Of a DNA stretch of 38,560 nt, positions 1 through 11,814 are shown one piece after another. The notes beneath the pieces are model-generated. The model was given only the letters and a program-made list of their open reading frames with translations. It made no database searches and had not been told where the DNA came from. A program made the translations under genes and the position numbers. Positions within the stretch are counted from its first letter, which is position 1; each line of letters opens with the position of its first letter. This stretch comes from Octopus bimaculoides (taxonomy: Eukaryota), in assembly GCF_001194135.2 (NCBI RefSeq), contig NC_068990.1:6602117-6640676 (forward strand), written 5' to 3'.

Positions 1-159
1 AGCAGCTAAGAATGCTGAAACTCCAACAGATAGCAGTTACCCGCAACTCACATAGGCAAAACAAGAAGAAAAATAACGAACTAAACTAGCCATAGTTAAT
101 CATAGACATGTTTCTGGTTTAATAAATTGATAATCCTTTACCCTTTTAATTGTAATAAT

Positions 160-211
<52 letters not shown>
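160..211. repeat. (TA)n microsatellite
   Basis: Near-perfect TA run with two TG interruptions. Confidence 0.95.
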
Positions 212-268
212 CATCGAATAAGATGGAAAGCCTTCTGCCATGACATAATACACGAGGACAAATCTTAC

Positions 269-1130
269 TTGAATAAATATAGAAATAAAGAAACAGAATG
301 GATTAGAAAAGACTTCGAATCAAAGAAACATCCCCCATATGATATATATCTAGATATTTTTGAAGACCAGATTTGGGATGCAGTTAAGAACATCAAATTT
401 GAGAAGCACCCACTTAGAGACCAGCGCACGAGAAAATTAAAGAATATTATCCTGGATTTAAAATCTAAAGATGGAATTTTGGTTACCCCGGACAAGACAG
501 GAAATCTATACAATGAAAACATTAATTTATACTTTGATCTTATTCAGAGGGAAATAACTAAAACATATAAAATAATAAATAGGAATATATTTACAAATAT
601 TAATGAATATGATATTGATGAGTTGACTGAACATTTTGTCCTTCTGAGACCTAAAATATATCTTAAGGACCACAAATCTAATTTCTTTACTGACCCTAAA
701 AGTAAGACCTATTTGCCCAGTAACCGAACCATGACAGACTAACCTAGAAACAAAAAAATCCTTTTGATTCCACAAACTATTCAAAATCAGATCATGTGAC
801 TGCTGCCAACCAACCTCCCACACTTTTTCTAAAAGTTGTAACCATCATCGCAAAACACATGTACAAGACTGGAAATGAAGAAAAAAGGCTGGTCATTGGT
901 CATTCCTCTATAACCCTTATAAATAATTATGATTTCTGATGAACTTTCCAGTGGTGCACTCACAAGGTTGGAAACTTGTTTAAAAAATGCCTTGAAAAAT
1001 GTTGCTAGAAATACTGTCTTTACTAATTTATTTACTACTTAGCTTTTCGTAACAAGAATAAAGAAAAAATAATTCTAAAAATCACAAACATTTATATAGG
1101 AAGCTGGTTATAAAATTCCCCAGAGAATTT
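269..1130 (+). mobile_element. Penelope-like element (PLE) remnant, DKT/KDHK type (Hydra-clade-like): RT N-terminal part plus linker, RT core deleted
   Basis: ORF 269..742 has PDKTGNLY, ITKTYK and LKDHKSNF..P. A frameshift continues into RPICP, matching PLE DKx..Y..KxHK..RLIxP motifs. Downstream, 950-1000 encodes HKVGNLFKKCLEKC, resembling the post-thumb linker. Confidence 0.7.
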
Positions 1131-1240
1131 CTTGGAAAGGTGGAAGAAATAATATTGAGCTAATACAATAACAACAATACTAACGCCAAGAACAGCAGCA
1201 ACGACAAAATTGAAAGACTACATATGCACATACACACACA

Positions 1241-1361
1241 TACTTGGCGTAGTTATCAAAGAACATGATCAGTGATACCCAAAACTATTGCAGTGTATGT
1301 ATGTGCATATATATATATGTGTGTGTGTGTGTATGTGTATATGTGAATTTGTGTGTGTGTT

Positions 1362-1397
<36 letters not shown>

Positions 1398-1402
1398 CAC
1401 GA

Positions 1403-1478
<76 letters not shown>

Positions 1479-1607
1479 GCATTCTTATTATCGTAAAATA
1501 TATATATGTATACTTTTCATACATATTTACTCACACACGCGCATGCGTACACACACATTACACACATACACATACATACGTACTTGGCGTTGATATCAAA
1601 GAACATG
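1241..1607. repeat. 27-bp direct repeat flanking a compound TG/TA/CA microsatellite
   Basis: tacttggcgtagttatcaaagaacatg (1241-1267) vs tacttggcgttgatatcaaagaacatg (1581-1607), 25/27 identical. Confidence 0.85.
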
Positions 1608-2340
1608 GTTCACTGCTCCCTAAAGTAATCATAATCTCAAAATCCCCAGAGAATATTTACCGAAGACCGAAGTTTAGTACAACATACATACACATATTAC
1701 AAAGTGTTCAAACTCTCTTCATTTTGATTACAGAATTCATGAAGGACGCAGTCTCGTAAAAAATCCGATTTAATATAGTTATAATTTATCACAATATTAA
1801 GGGCGCCGTGCAGACGTCCACTTAATTGTTTTGCAATAAGTGTTGTCGGTTTATCACACAGTGTATACAAAATACTTCAGGCACACATTGTTTAATAAGC
1901 AATGAAACCTCTACATCTGCCAGTTATGGATAGAGCACTGTCATTAGCACAAACTATTATATTTTTGAGAGGAATATCATTTTCCTCGAAATAATTTTCA
2001 AATTTTCGCCTTTAGTATCTACTTTAAGATGTCTGGCAAAAAACCTTTCCTCTCTGAATCCGTTACACTCCAAAAACCAAACATATGCCAATAAAATAGC
2101 TTTATTACCTCTCAAGATAGGTTCATCAAGTGCCTTTAATTAGACATCATATTGTTTAAAATTTATGTGTCTCCGAGTAGACCCACAAGTGTGAATACGT
2201 AGGTTGTGTATTTGAATTTGGGAGGTGCTTTGGTGACACAAGGAATGATTTATAAATCTGTAGAATTATTACGTTCCTACAGCAAGAAACTACTAGTAGG
2301 TCATATATATTAAGTTATAATTATCTTTCATTGGATGGAA

Positions 2341-2677
2341 TAGAATCTCAGACATCGATGTTTCGAGTTTTTTGACTCTTGTCAATGAGATGTACCTAAA
2401 AGTACCAACTCTTAACCAAGTAAATAAACCTTGTAGTTTTATATATAATTCAATCAGCATGCTGACTGATTTGCGCTAGTAGATACCCCGATCGAAATAA
2501 CTAACGAAGAATTGGAGCGAAGCAGTGTTTAGATATGAGCATAATTTAGGTCAACGTGTTTACTGAATTATATATAAAGATACAAGCTTTATTTAGTTCG
2601 TTCAGAGTTGCCTCTCTTCGGTATATCTCATTGACAAAAGTAAAAAAAACTCGAAACATCGATGTCTGAAATTCCTA
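2341..2677. mobile_element. MITE, ~335 bp, with ~125-bp terminal inverted repeats
   Basis: Left end tagaatctcagacatcgatgtttcgagttttttgactcttgtcaatgagatgtacc. Reverse complement of the right end is taggaatttcagacatcgatgtttcgagttttttttacttttgtcaatgagatatacc. Similarity continues to tatatataattca. Both ends carry TA; no coding capacity. Confidence 0.85.
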
Positions 2678-2862
2678 ACAGAGGGTATCATTGAAGGAAC
2701 TGGTGTTTACACACCTTTTTACCATAAGAGAGATTTTTCACCAAGGCAACTGCAGTGTATTTGCCTTTAGCAGTTGAAATATGTGGCAAACATATTTCAA
2801 CTAACCTAAATTGTGCTCATACCCAAACACTGCTTTGCGCCAATGCATCGTTTTATATATAT

Positions 2863-3411
2863 NNNNNNNNNNNNNNNNNNNNNNNNNNNNNNNNNNNNNN
2901 NNNNNNNNNNNNNNNNNNNNNNNNNNNNNNNNNNNNNNNNNNNNNNNNNNNNNNNNNNNNNNNNNNNNNNNNNNNNNNNNNNNNNNNNNNNNNNNNNNNN
3001 NNNNNNNNNNNNNNNNNNNNNNNNNNNNNNNNNNNNNNNNNNNNNNNNNNNNNNNNNNNNNNNNNNNNNNNNNNNNNNNNNNNNNNNNNNNNNNNNNNNN
3101 NNNNNNNNNNNNNNNNNNNNNNNNNNNNNNNNNNNNNNNNNNNNNNNNNNNNNNNNNNNNNNNNNNNNNNNNNNNNNNNNNNNNNNNNNNNNNNNNNNNN
3201 NNNNNNNNNNNNNNNNNNNNNNNNNNNNNNNNNNNNNNNNNNNNNNNNNNNNNNNNNNNNNNNNNNNNNNNNNNNNNNNNNNNNNNNNNNNNNNNNNNNN
3301 NNNNNNNNNNNNNNNNNNNNNNNNNNNNNNNNNNNNNNNNNNNNNNNNNNNNNNNNNNNNNNNNNNNNNNNNNNNNNNNNNNNNNNNNNNNNNNNNNNNN
3401 NNNNNNNNNNN
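2863..3411. other. Assembly gap (N run); other long gaps at 13583-14110, 32664-32763, 33785-34098 and 37601-37846
   Basis: N runs, mostly flanked by microsatellites or tandem repeats. Confidence 1.
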
Positions 3412-3820
3412 AGACACAGACACACACGCACACACATATATACACAGACACACAAGAAGAATGCTGAAATCATATGCACACAAATACACACACACACACA
3501 CAGACATATATACACACGCACGCAAATACACACATACGCACACACTTGAACATGCACACAGGTTCTCACACTAGCACACAGCATACATGCATGCAAACAC
3601 ATACACACACCACGCACACACACATACATATGTTTATATGCTTATACAAATGTGTGTGTGTGTGTATGAATGCGCGTTTGTGTGTGACGGTGTGTTTGTG
3701 GGTTTATGTTTCTGTGTCTGTGTCTGTGTGTGTATGTCCTTGTATGCAATGCGTTAGTGTGAGAACGTCTGTCTACAAGTACGAGTGTTTGAGTATGGTG
3801 TGTATTTGCGTGTGTGTGAT
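3412..3820. repeat. Degenerate compound (CA)n-then-(TG)n microsatellite field
   Basis: CA-rich to ~3630 and TG-rich afterwards. It explains the HT/CV-rich spurious ORFs. Confidence 0.9.
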
Positions 3821-4672
3821 CGTAACATCTTTCGTCTTGCACCAAGAAATTGAAAGTTTTCCTTTTGTGATTGTGACGTCATAATACCGATAACGTTTCT
3901 CGGTGATTTTGGCTTAAAAAATCTTCAGTCTCTTTCAGCCTTTCGCGGTGATTAGAGGCGCGGGAATGTGTGCGCGATGGGGCGTACCCAAGTTGTTGAA
4001 GACTAATGTGAAGTGAGTCATCTTCACCTTGTTTTCAGTGATTGTGGGAATGTTTTATGCACCTATAAGTTGTTAAACACCAAATGTAACATGGTCGCAT
4101 AACATAGTTACAAGGTGCAGTGTTACCGTAACCGTATGAACTTTTAGCGATCGGTTCCAGTACAGAAAACCCTGGGAGTCCAATCAGAAACATTTCTCAC
4201 TCTCTACATTTTTGTAAAATAATTATCGTAAATAATTCTGTGACAAAAAAAAAGAATATCAATAACGTTAAATAAGAATGAATAATGATGAACATGAAAT
4301 CATTGTCACAGAATATAAATATAAACACGGTGAGTATTTTGATAAAAATATATGTAAATATATACACTCACATATATTTACATATATATTATACCTGTGT
4401 TTGTGTTCCTTGTTTTCGTATACATTCGCTGCTTTCTTCCAAAGAATCTAATGCTCTTAGCTTAGCTTTTCCTTGGGGCTGGCCAGATTGGAACAATCTC
4501 GAGTATAACCAACCGAAATTGCAAAGATAACCTGGAACTCGACTGAGGAAAGAAAACCCCGAATGACCCGTCCTTGTTTTCTTTGTATCGTCTATCTGGA
4601 TGTTTTGTTGTCCCTTTTTTGTATCACCTAACTGTCTGGATGTTTTGCATTCTTGTCCCATTTTGTATTTTA

Positions 4673-4707
<35 letters not shown>

Positions 4708-4815
4708 ATATATTCTATTTTATATATTCACACACACAAATATATATATGTAAATATATATACACTCATATATGTATATGTAAATATATATGTGTGTGTG
4801 AATATATATTTATAT

Positions 4816-4866
<51 letters not shown>

Positions 4867-5498
4867 AATCCTAATTATAACGGAAAAGGAATGATTAAAT
4901 ATTGCAATATGTCTACTTTCCTTTTTGATCTAAAATGAATAATTAAGTATTAATAAGTCGAAGTGAAGATATTTTTTAAAAATGTCATTTTTATCGTCTA
5001 CTTTGAAGGCGTCGGCGAAGCTATCATCTTTGCTGGATGCAATGAATCAATGATCTTTCACCATGATGGCTACATCGTGTCGCTATCTTCAAATTTTTAT
5101 TTTAACATTTCGGTATTAAAAAAAAAAAACTGGACAGAGAAATCTTCATGTTTGTGTTGTTGAAATGTCTTTCTATTATAATTGGTTATTTCTTTTGCCT
5201 TAATATCTCTCTAGCTTACGTTTTATATTTTTGTTCACGTTCGTTTTGTTGTTTAATATGCAAGTGGTTGTATTAAATAGTTTAGGATATTTTAATTATT
5301 CCATATTGAAGGTTTGATTACAAAGAGATTTGGTTGCAATTACTAACAGATGAAGCAACCACATCTAAGCTTTCTCGTGAGGTAAAATAACTGAAATTAC
5401 ACAGACACAGATACACACACACACATGCATATTCATATATATTATATGTATGCGTACACACATATATGCGTATATCTATATATGTAAATAGATAATTG

Positions 5499-5559
<61 letters not shown>

Positions 5560-5589
5560 GTATGTGTGTGTGTGTGCGCGTGTGTCTGT

Positions 5590-6480
5590 GTCTGTGTGTA
5601 GTACTTGTTTCCATTGATGTAAGCAGGAGCAAATTCGAAAACAGCCCTTTTAACTTTGTAATCTGATATACTTTTGCCTTTTAAGTTTGAGATGTCTTTT
5701 GAAAATGTTTTGTTATCTTTTATCTTCACGTCTACACGTGTGTGTATACTGAGTATATCTGCATTTAAACAAGTTCCTACTAAGGCCTATATAGCATGTT
5801 TTGTCAATACTGTTATCATCGTTGGAAAACTTGCTATAATAAACAGCTTTTACTGGAGAAGTCACGAGTTGCTCTTGAGGCAGTTGTGAGAGTGAGTGGT
5901 GGTGGTGATGGTGGAGATTAATTTCTTATTATCAATTCTAGCTAAAGAGGAGGCGTAATTTTTCGAGCAGCTGCAACTTACTTTGAAGTTGCATCTATGG
6001 AAACTATCGTGGTGCTTATGGTTACACGAGTAGAGTTTACTGACAAAAGTTTAGAAAGGCCATGACAATACCCGATCTGACGTTCATATCATATAACGTA
6101 ACTTTTATAGCATTAAGAGATCCTTGTGGAGGAAAATATTCTATCCTTTAGTTGAAGCTGTTTCTGCTGAAAGGCTTCTTACATCGGCACAGTTAAGAGT
6201 TTCTTCATTAGATTGTAATTTAGAATATTTTTACTGATGTTTTTCTGTAAGCTCTTCAGAATTTCAGGTATAGGTGGGTAGTTAGAATTTTTGTGAAAGT
6301 AAATTTAAATTCCAATGTTATAGGTTTCTTCTCAGGCTTTCTTTTCGACGCAGTAGATATTCTATTGCAGATGTTTAATGCGATGTTCAGTTTTTCCTGG
6401 AGATTCTTAACATAAAGTTTACTTGGTGTTTACTTGGGATCAATGATTTTAAGTTTATAAAAAGTGCTCATCAAATTAAA
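5590..6480 (-). mobile_element. PLE remnant (Hydra-clade-like): RT thumb, linker and C-terminal GIY-YIG endonuclease
   Basis: Minus-strand translation across frameshifts gives YFHKNSNYPP (SNHPP thumb motif), HNCLKSNS (CxC-linker remnant) and CYIGLSRNLFKCRYTQY (YIG at 5793-5785). It ends with TFSKDISNLKGKSISDYKVK...APAYINGNK. Confidence 0.75.
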
Positions 6481-6560
6481 TAGCGTAGAACACTTTAGGC
6501 AGAAAAGAGACTTTCTTTCTTTTCTTTCTTTCTTTCTTCCTTTCTTTCTTTCTTTCTTTC

Positions 6561-6661
6561 TATAGTAGAAGACATTTGCCCAAAGTGCCACGCAGTGGCA
6601 CTGAACCCAGAACCATGTGGCTGAGAAGCATGCTTCTTACCACACAGGCACTTCTGCGCCT
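6561..6661 (-). mobile_element. tRNA-derived SINE, 5' head only, truncated at a (GAAA)n tract
   Basis: Reverse complement aggcgcagaagtgcctgtgtggtaag...ggttctgggttcagtgcc...tttgggcaaatgtcttctactata has A-box- and B-box-like motifs. It is a close paralogue of 34190-34279. Confidence 0.85.
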
Positions 6662-7139
6662 GTGTATATATACACATATATATACATATATGTGTGTATG
6701 TGTATGTATGTATATACAGACATACACACACATATATATATGTGTGTGTGTGTTGGAAAATCTGCGAAATCTTTTATACAGTTAGATATATTTGAAAAAG
6801 GAAAAGAATGACTTCACTTTTAGTTCTTATCAATTTGATTTTGTAATGCTCTAATATAATAAATGCGAATGTTAGTGTGTCACACTTTTTCCAGCGTTTT
6901 CTCTCTGAGAATAGCTTCATTCTCTTTCCCTATCATTCTCTATCCACTCCTTTCGTTCAGTCCATCTCTCTCTCTAAATCACTTTCTCTCTTCCCGCTCC
7001 CTCCTCTATGTCTGCTTGCCTCTAACCTTTCTCTTGCATTTAATGCAGTATATTTCGCTTACCGCTCGGCGCTATCAATGTCCCCCCCTCTCTCTTTCTC
7101 TCACTGTTTCAGCCCCTCTTACTCCTATTATTTTTTAAA

Positions 7140-8033
7140 GATTCCTTGTTAACTTTTCTGGAGAACTTTCCTGCATTCGTCCGTGGCGGTTGTCAAACTG
7201 ATCTTCAGGTTGTGTTGTGCTGTGAGATTCTATATATAAGAGATTTGGGTATGTCTGGAGTAGGGTTGGGACTTGTTAATAATAAGTGTGAGGGTGTAGG
7301 AGTGTTGATGAACAAGAGTTGAACGAAAATAATGAATGGTAAAAACAGAAAAATTGATTGAGGGTGGAGTTGGGAGGTGGTGGGGTGTTTAAGGAATGTT
7401 TTATGAAGGGCTTGCGAAAGTGTCCTCCTGTTGGTTCCATTTGAATAGTTGACCGTCGGTGGAAAATATAATGGTCAGATGTTTTTCAAATTCTTCTCTT
7501 ATGGCTGAATCAACTATCTTAATTGTATTAAAAGAAACTTCAGTAATTTTCTGTGTTAAATATGAGTTTAGGTGTGTGTCTGGTGGGAGGGGTGTTAATG
7601 CGGTGTAAGGTACATGTCTTTTGATAAAAAGAGGACGACAGAGAGAGAGAGACTGAGAGTGAGAGAGAGTGAGAGAGAGAAACATAAGGTTACACCTGGA
7701 ATGTTTGTTGATAGAAATGTAGAAAGGTCAACTATTCAAAAGGAGCCAACAGGAGGACACTTTCCCAAGGCCTTCATGAAACACTCCTTAAACACCCCGC
7801 CGCCTCCCACTTCCACCCTCAATCAGTTATCTTGTTTTTACCATTCACTATTTTCTTCCGACTCTGGCTCATCAACACTCGTTCACTTTCACACTTATTT
7901 TTAACAAACCCCACCCCAGACATACCCAAATTAGTCTCTTATATATAGAATCGCACAGCACAACACAACCTGAAGATTGACAACCGTTACGGACGAATGC
8001 GAGAAAGTTCTCCAGAAAAGTTAACAAAGAATC
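7140..8033. repeat. Long inverted repeat (arms 7140-7454 and 7726-8033); probably tail-out pair of PLE 3' ends/pseudo-LTRs
   Basis: The arms align along their length by eye, including a perfect 21-mer (ttaacttttctggagaacttt / aaagttctccagaaaagttaa). The left copy extends into a GIY-YIG-tail-like frame (IKRHVP..KIVDSA). PLE identity is inference. Confidence 0.85.
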
Positions 8034-8799
8034 CTGAAAAAATCTCCCCACCGGAGTAAACAAAGAACTTACTAGATCTACAAACCAAACTGTAAAATTA
8101 TTTTATATTATTAAAAAATTAAATTGATTAGAATTACCAGTGAAGTCATTCTTTTCCTTTTTCATATATATATATATATCAGTCTGTTAAAGTCTGTCAT
8201 ACCGGCCATGATGAAATACCACAAGGTATAGAAAATACGTATTCGCCTTTATATATTTAATCCTTTATATTGAACACTCAATATTTCATCTATTCAATAA
8301 GACATATTCCATATATTCAATAAGACATTCAATACTTTATTTCATTGTACCATCCATTTTTATTTTATATTATATATTGTATATTCCATATTCTATATCC
8401 CACATTGGTTTTGCAGGAATATAAATAAAACATAAAAAACAGACAGTGTTGGAACTCTTTTAAACAAAATAATNNNNNNNNNNTATATATTAGAAGCAAT
8501 GGGTGCAGAAGATAGAGTATACTGGAAACTTTATCCCAAAGATCATTTCGACAATCTTTCGTCGCTCCCTCGTGGGTGGAAACTATACAATGCATTACGG
8601 TGCATCTCACAGTGCAGAAGCATCTCTTCAGGTGATCTAACACAGTTTCTCGTTACATAAGTAATGTTTCACTCTTAAGGTCAACCAGTGCATGTTGGTA
8701 GTAGAAGTCTCTAAAATACATTGAGAAAGAATGGTGAAGAATAGGTTAAGTTGCTGAACTGCAGCTTAATGTTCCTAACAAACTACAAAGTGTCTTATA

Positions 8800-10000
8800 C
8801 GAAGATAAGAAAAACCCTCAAAAATACTAAGTTGAAACAGAGATGTTTTCAATATAACATGTCTGAACGAAAAGCCGTTTCCTGATATACAAACAGAAAC
8901 CTACATGATAAAAGAGAATATTGACAAATGTACAGCATATATCCGGGAGAAATTGATCGAGTAATAAATATGTGCAGCAACCCAAGTGATAAAAAATATA
9001 AAAGCAGAAATTGAAGCATAAATGGAAGGAAATATAAATTTGTTAGTGAGAGACGTGTATTAACCAAATTATATGTAGCTCTAGATAATATATAGACATC
9101 AGTTTCTCGACGCATTAGTCACAGTAAAACAAATTATTTAGCTGTACCTAAGAAGTAACCTGTTATCTATGCAAGAAGATAGGTTTATTAACTTTTTTAC
9201 AACACGTTCTTAACATAGATCGATTCAAGTTTGCAACTCTTGGCACTAAATTTCACCAACAAATAAAATATAATCAAAACAAGAAAAAGGCTGAAATTTA
9301 ATTACTTTACCAAAACCAGCGATAAAAACATAAACGTTGATGAAAAACTCTAGAACTTACTTCGTGGTGAATGTAATAAAAATTGAGACCCACAAAACTC
9401 TGCAAAAAAAAAACAAAAAAAACAACCAAACTTTAACAAACCCTACAAGATGTAAAGTATATTACATAAAAATATTGAAGAATTTCAAAAGCAATACGAT
9501 CGTATTCTTGGATAAAGACGAGTACATTACAAGAATCAACAAGCTTACAAAGATCCAGATGGAGAATGAATAAGATATTTACAGTAATAAATGTATAACT
9601 AGAATCCCTTAACANNNNNNNNNNCCAGTGCATAGACACTATACAGTAACCGTCCCCTCTCATCAATCTCTAAATATATAGCTGAAAAATTGTCTAAAAT
9701 ACATCGAATGAAATCCCGTATATCTTAGAAGAAACTAACTAAAAAGATAGTCTTGACACAAGATGAAAAAAAAATCCCTTTTCAATGTTCCAAGAGAAGA
9801 TACAATCAGAATTATTTTACATATTGCATACTAACGCCCAAAAGTAAAACAAAATTATTGGAAAAATATTAATAAACTGTCCTTAAGATATAGAAGTTGA
9901 CGATGAAGTTGCTATGGGTTCTCAACTAGCTAAAATAGAAAGCAAAATAATACATAAATATAAGCATATGCAACCCTGAGAACAAGTTTCTAATATCAAT
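8800..10000 (+). mobile_element. Penelope/Poseidon-type PLE remnant (N-terminus and RT)
   Basis: FNITCLNEKPFP (~8850), IVFLDKDEYITRI (downstream of the DKG region), SLFNVPREDTI (decayed SLFTNVP, ~9775-9810) and DEVAMGSQL (DGxAMGSPL, 9902-9928). Confidence 0.75.
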
Positions 10001-10148
10001 GCAATTTGTAAATTCAATTGTAAAATGGAAAGTAGCAAATTTCAATATTCTGACTACTACACTGGCCAGACGAGTGTAACACTACATTACGCATCGCAAA
10101 AAAAGTCTAGATAGAAAAATGTTATGACAATTCCCAAATAGAATTATA

Positions 10149-10299
<151 letters not shown>

Positions 10300-10374
10300 A
10301 AGTGCGTCTACACATATAAGCGCATGTGTACAAACACACACATAAATATATATATACGAGAATGACTTCATTTA

Positions 10375-11290
10375 GAAAATGCTCCTTCCGTCACTTTTGG
10401 TAGATGTATGCTTGACCACCAGAATGGATGTAATCAGACGGTGTCCAACAATCATTGGATGACATTGGACCATGTCACTTTCTCCTCGAAAGTTCGGCAA
10501 TGGTGGTCAAATCTCTACCCTTGCTTTCAGTTTAGCTTCACTCTTGCTCCATAATCAGACACATCGACAACACATCAAAATACTTGAAAGATTTCGCTAG
10601 AAGTGTAGAAGGTATATATTAAACAACAGGAAATCTTTTATCTTGACACCGAAAGCGCAGTCTCAGTATGAAAGCTCACTTCATCATGTATCATGTGCTA
10701 TGGGTTGGTCATGTCCTATGTCTTCATGGAACTATTGATGGTGAATTAGTTCTTGTAAGCGTCTTCTGGATACCTTTCCCACCAAATTTCATGACGTCAC
10801 AAAAGACGTTATTTTCTTGGAACATCTCGTGCAAGATGGTCTATAATTGGGAAGACTTTAGAAAAATCGAATTGTCCAGCATATAAAAAAAATATGTTTT
10901 GACACTCAACTGTATAATGCTGTTGAAGGTTCAGAAGTTATCTCACTTGAATTACTCGTGGTTGCATTACACTTTCAAAACCAACCTTCTCAGCCATGAA
11001 AGGTCACAGAAATATTTGGAAACCAGCAAGGGATGCTTATAAGCGTAACTCCAGAATTCCCTGTGGAGCCATATTGTCTAAATGTGTTCTTATCAACTAC
11101 CGATCTGAAAACCTATTTTGGACGAATGCACAAAGGCGAAAGAGGTGTTGGTGTAACACTTGAGAGAATTATGTGCAACATTTGCTACAAGGAATTTGAA
11201 ACAGAATCAGCGCTAGGTTGCCATTTGAGGCTTCATGACAGAAAACCCATTAAATATATAACAGGCATATATCTGCAATAAGAATGTCGT
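10375..11290 (+). mobile_element. RTE (BovB-like) LINE 3' portion ending in C2H2 zinc finger(s)
   Basis: TFGR, HRQHIKILERF*KCRRYILN, LWVGHV, DGELV and NWEDF follow the RTE C-terminal motif order. The region ends with CNICYKEFETESALGCHLRLH (C-X2-C-X12-H-X3-H) in ORF 11033..11281. Confidence 0.75.
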
Positions 11291-11461
11291 TGAAATAGAG
11301 TTGACGATTATAACTATATTTACATGTAAATGATATATATTATGCAAATATTACTAGTGCGTGTGTGTGTGCGCGCATGCGCGGCTGGTGGTGGTTGGCT
11401 CAGCTAAACGGTTTACAGCAGATGCGGTGACATCATAAATTTTTCATGCTATCATCACCAA

Positions 11462-11569
11462 CATCGTCATCATCATCGTCATTGTCGTCTTCTTCTTCTT
11501 CTTCTTTTTCTTCTTCTTCTTCTTCTTCTTCTTCTTCTTCTTCTTCTTCTTCTTCTTCTTCTTCTTTTT

Positions 11570-11621
<52 letters not shown>

Positions 11622-11626
11622 TTTCT
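11462..11626. repeat. Compound (TCA/TCG)n-(TCT)n-(TTTC)n microsatellite
   Basis: Visible tracts. They produce the poly-E/K/S spurious ORFs. Confidence 0.95.
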
Positions 11627-11772
11627 CTCTATGGATATGTTTACACACGCACACATACACACATACACACACACACGCACGATGTATGTATGTGCATTTT
11701 AAATTTTTTATCATATGCATGCATACATGTATATTATATATGCACATACATATATGTGTATATGTATGTATG

Positions 11773-11808
<36 letters not shown>

Positions 11809-11814
11809 CATATA

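Noticed and set aside
4396-4670. Repeat-like segment with CTGAGGA..GAA (hammerhead?) and a duplicated tctggatgttttg
   Set aside because: Stem II/III geometry and the GAAA/UH pairing do not fit. It is probably an interspersed-repeat end, but the family cannot be supported from the sequence alone.
6561-6661. tRNA gene
   Set aside because: A/B-box-like motifs run into SINE body sequence shared with 34116-34279, and there is no acceptor stem.
8490-8660. Possible host exon (MGAEDRVYWKLYPKD.. or KQWVQKIEYTGNF..)
   Set aside because: Two short frames are equally open, there is no recognisable domain, the donor is weak, and it lies just upstream of a PLE ORF.
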